Assembly (NCBI GenBank): GCA_051362555.1
Contig: CM120642.1
Coordinates: 31,744,001-31,808,000 of the forward strand
DNA: 64,000 nucleotides
Direction of reading: 5' to 3'
From: Lingula anatina
Lineage: Eukaryota; Animalia; Brachiopoda
Shown here: in pieces, positions 62,601 through 64,000 of the stretch
Layout of the letters: the number at the start of each line of letters is the position of its first letter
Numbering within the stretch: the first letter of the stretch is position 1
The notes under the pieces: generated by a model
The model's database searches: none
What the model saw: the letters and a program-made list of their open reading frames with translations, nothing else
What the model was told of the DNA's origin: nothing
Made by a program: the position numbers and the translations under genes

Positions 62601-64000
62601 TCAATTCACTGAACACGTTTTAGGTCTTACATTTTCATATTTCAGGTTTGTGAACGCTTTTGTATATTATGGCCTCTCATTTGGTACTCAAGCTCTCGGA
62701 GGCAGTTTTTACCTCAATTTTGCACTTATGGGCTTGGCTGAAATTCCGGGACAATTTCTGGTGTTATTCGTTTTGGATAGGATAGGGCGTCGAAAGATTC
62801 TTTTCATCTTCATGGCAATTGGTGGACTAGCATGTGTTTTTGCTGTGCTCATACCGAATGGTGAGTCCAAAATGCAATTAAAATACCTCAAATATCATAT
62901 ACATCTTCAGTTTCTAGCCAATCATTGGAAAGGAGTATTCTGGTGAATGGTGTACAGCAGAGAACAGTTGTAAAAAACGACGTTGAGGTTTAGAGAGCCA
63001 AATAAATCATATGCCCCAATTAACAATTACAAAACACCGTAATGACATTTACCAAATGCGCCTCTATCAGCCTAGCTTAACGTTAATAACTCCTCGGAGA
63101 GCATATGTAGTCTTTTGAGCTTGAGAGCATGTGATCGAAAATATTTTTGATTCAAATAAAGAAAAAAAATCAAATATGATTCACTGCAATAATTATCAAG
63201 ATCCTTGCGTCTCATTTAATTCATCATTTTGAACATATAACTACGTTTGGTCGTGTCTTTTGGCATTTGAGCCATTCTTATAATTACAGGGCATCACAAA
63301 AAAAAAAAAAAAAAAAAAAAAAAACGTTTGGAGAAAAGTCATTTTTCAGTTTTGTTTGGCTTCAATAAATAATCGCCATCTTGCATTCCAGACATGCAAT
63401 GGCTGACTGTAACACTGGCTTTACTGGGGAAGATGGCAATAAGCACCACCTTTGCTGTCATCTATATGGTTACTAGCGAGATCTATCCCACTGTGATAAG
63501 GTCAGTTGCATCACCTTCCGCGACATGAAATGGTGCCTTTTAATTTATTCACTTTACTTGTCCGTGCTCACTTGAGCACGTCAAATAATTAAGTATAACA
63601 TGCAAACCCTGGCCATTTTTGCACACACAGAAGGTTCAAAATAAAAATCATTATTCTTGAATTAATATGAAATTGGCATTTTGCACCTGAATTACTAAAC
63701 GACGTACCCATTGAACATTGCTATTCACATGATCAAGGTCCATAGCTGATGTATCGCAGTATTTAAGTCACTATTTCTCATCATTCTTGATTTAGTTATA
63801 ATTGTTTTCATTAGTTGTAATTGGTTTCAATACCAAATTGTTAGAATCACACGGGGCTATTTTTTTCTCAGGCACGTCAGCTTAAGCTTCCATTCCTCTA
63901 TTGGACGGTTAGGTGGTCTTTTGGCTCCTCAGATTCTCCTCTTGGAAACTGTCTACAAGCCGTTGCCGTTCATAGTAATTGGGTTGTGTTCCGTGACCGC
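59688..64000 (+). CDS. SLC22-family organic cation transporter, paralog D (3' end outside window)
   Basis: Exons 59688-60140, 60399-60502, 60615-60769, 61207-61375, 61739-61963, 62646-62860, 63392-63500, 63872->64000; open frame with GT-AG sites throughout. Confidence 0.9.
62137..62410 (+). mobile_element. tRNA-derived SINE (Meta-SINE-like core) in intron 5 of paralog D
   Basis: A-box-like TGGTTAGAGTG, B-box GGTTCAAAAC, core GGTACC...CGCTTGGCACTCAGCACTAAG and GGGCTGTATCCTCCCCAGGGAG; absent from the equivalent introns of A and C; ends approximate. Confidence 0.75.

Overview
AT-rich, intron-rich invertebrate (metazoan) genomic DNA; not prokaryotic, so most entries in the ORF track are spurious or exon fragments. 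The left 25 kb holds one complete CDKL5-like Ser/Thr kinase gene on the + strand: 17 coding exons, about 1210 aa, a long Q/H-rich tail and a C-terminal ETAI motif. The right 37 kb is a cluster of four SLC22/Orct-type organic cation transporter paralogs sharing internal exon sizes 104/155/169/225/215/109/216: A (-), B (-, divergent), C (+) and D (+, runs off the window). Introns and intergenic DNA carry many non-autonomous DNA transposons with visible TIRs and TSDs (Harbinger-like MITEs, a 5-bp-TSD MITE family, two TA-flanked elements), a tRNA-derived SINE and a Penelope-type hammerhead-like motif. I found no clearly new biological system. The most unusual observations are a 46-bp tandem amplification of the CDKL5 exon end plus splice donor at the catalytic HRD codons, mosaic SLC22 paralogs (including a copy lacking the shared upstream region and a C-terminal motif difference), a strand-biased hairpin, and a CpG-depletion boundary. 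All coordinates were derived by hand.
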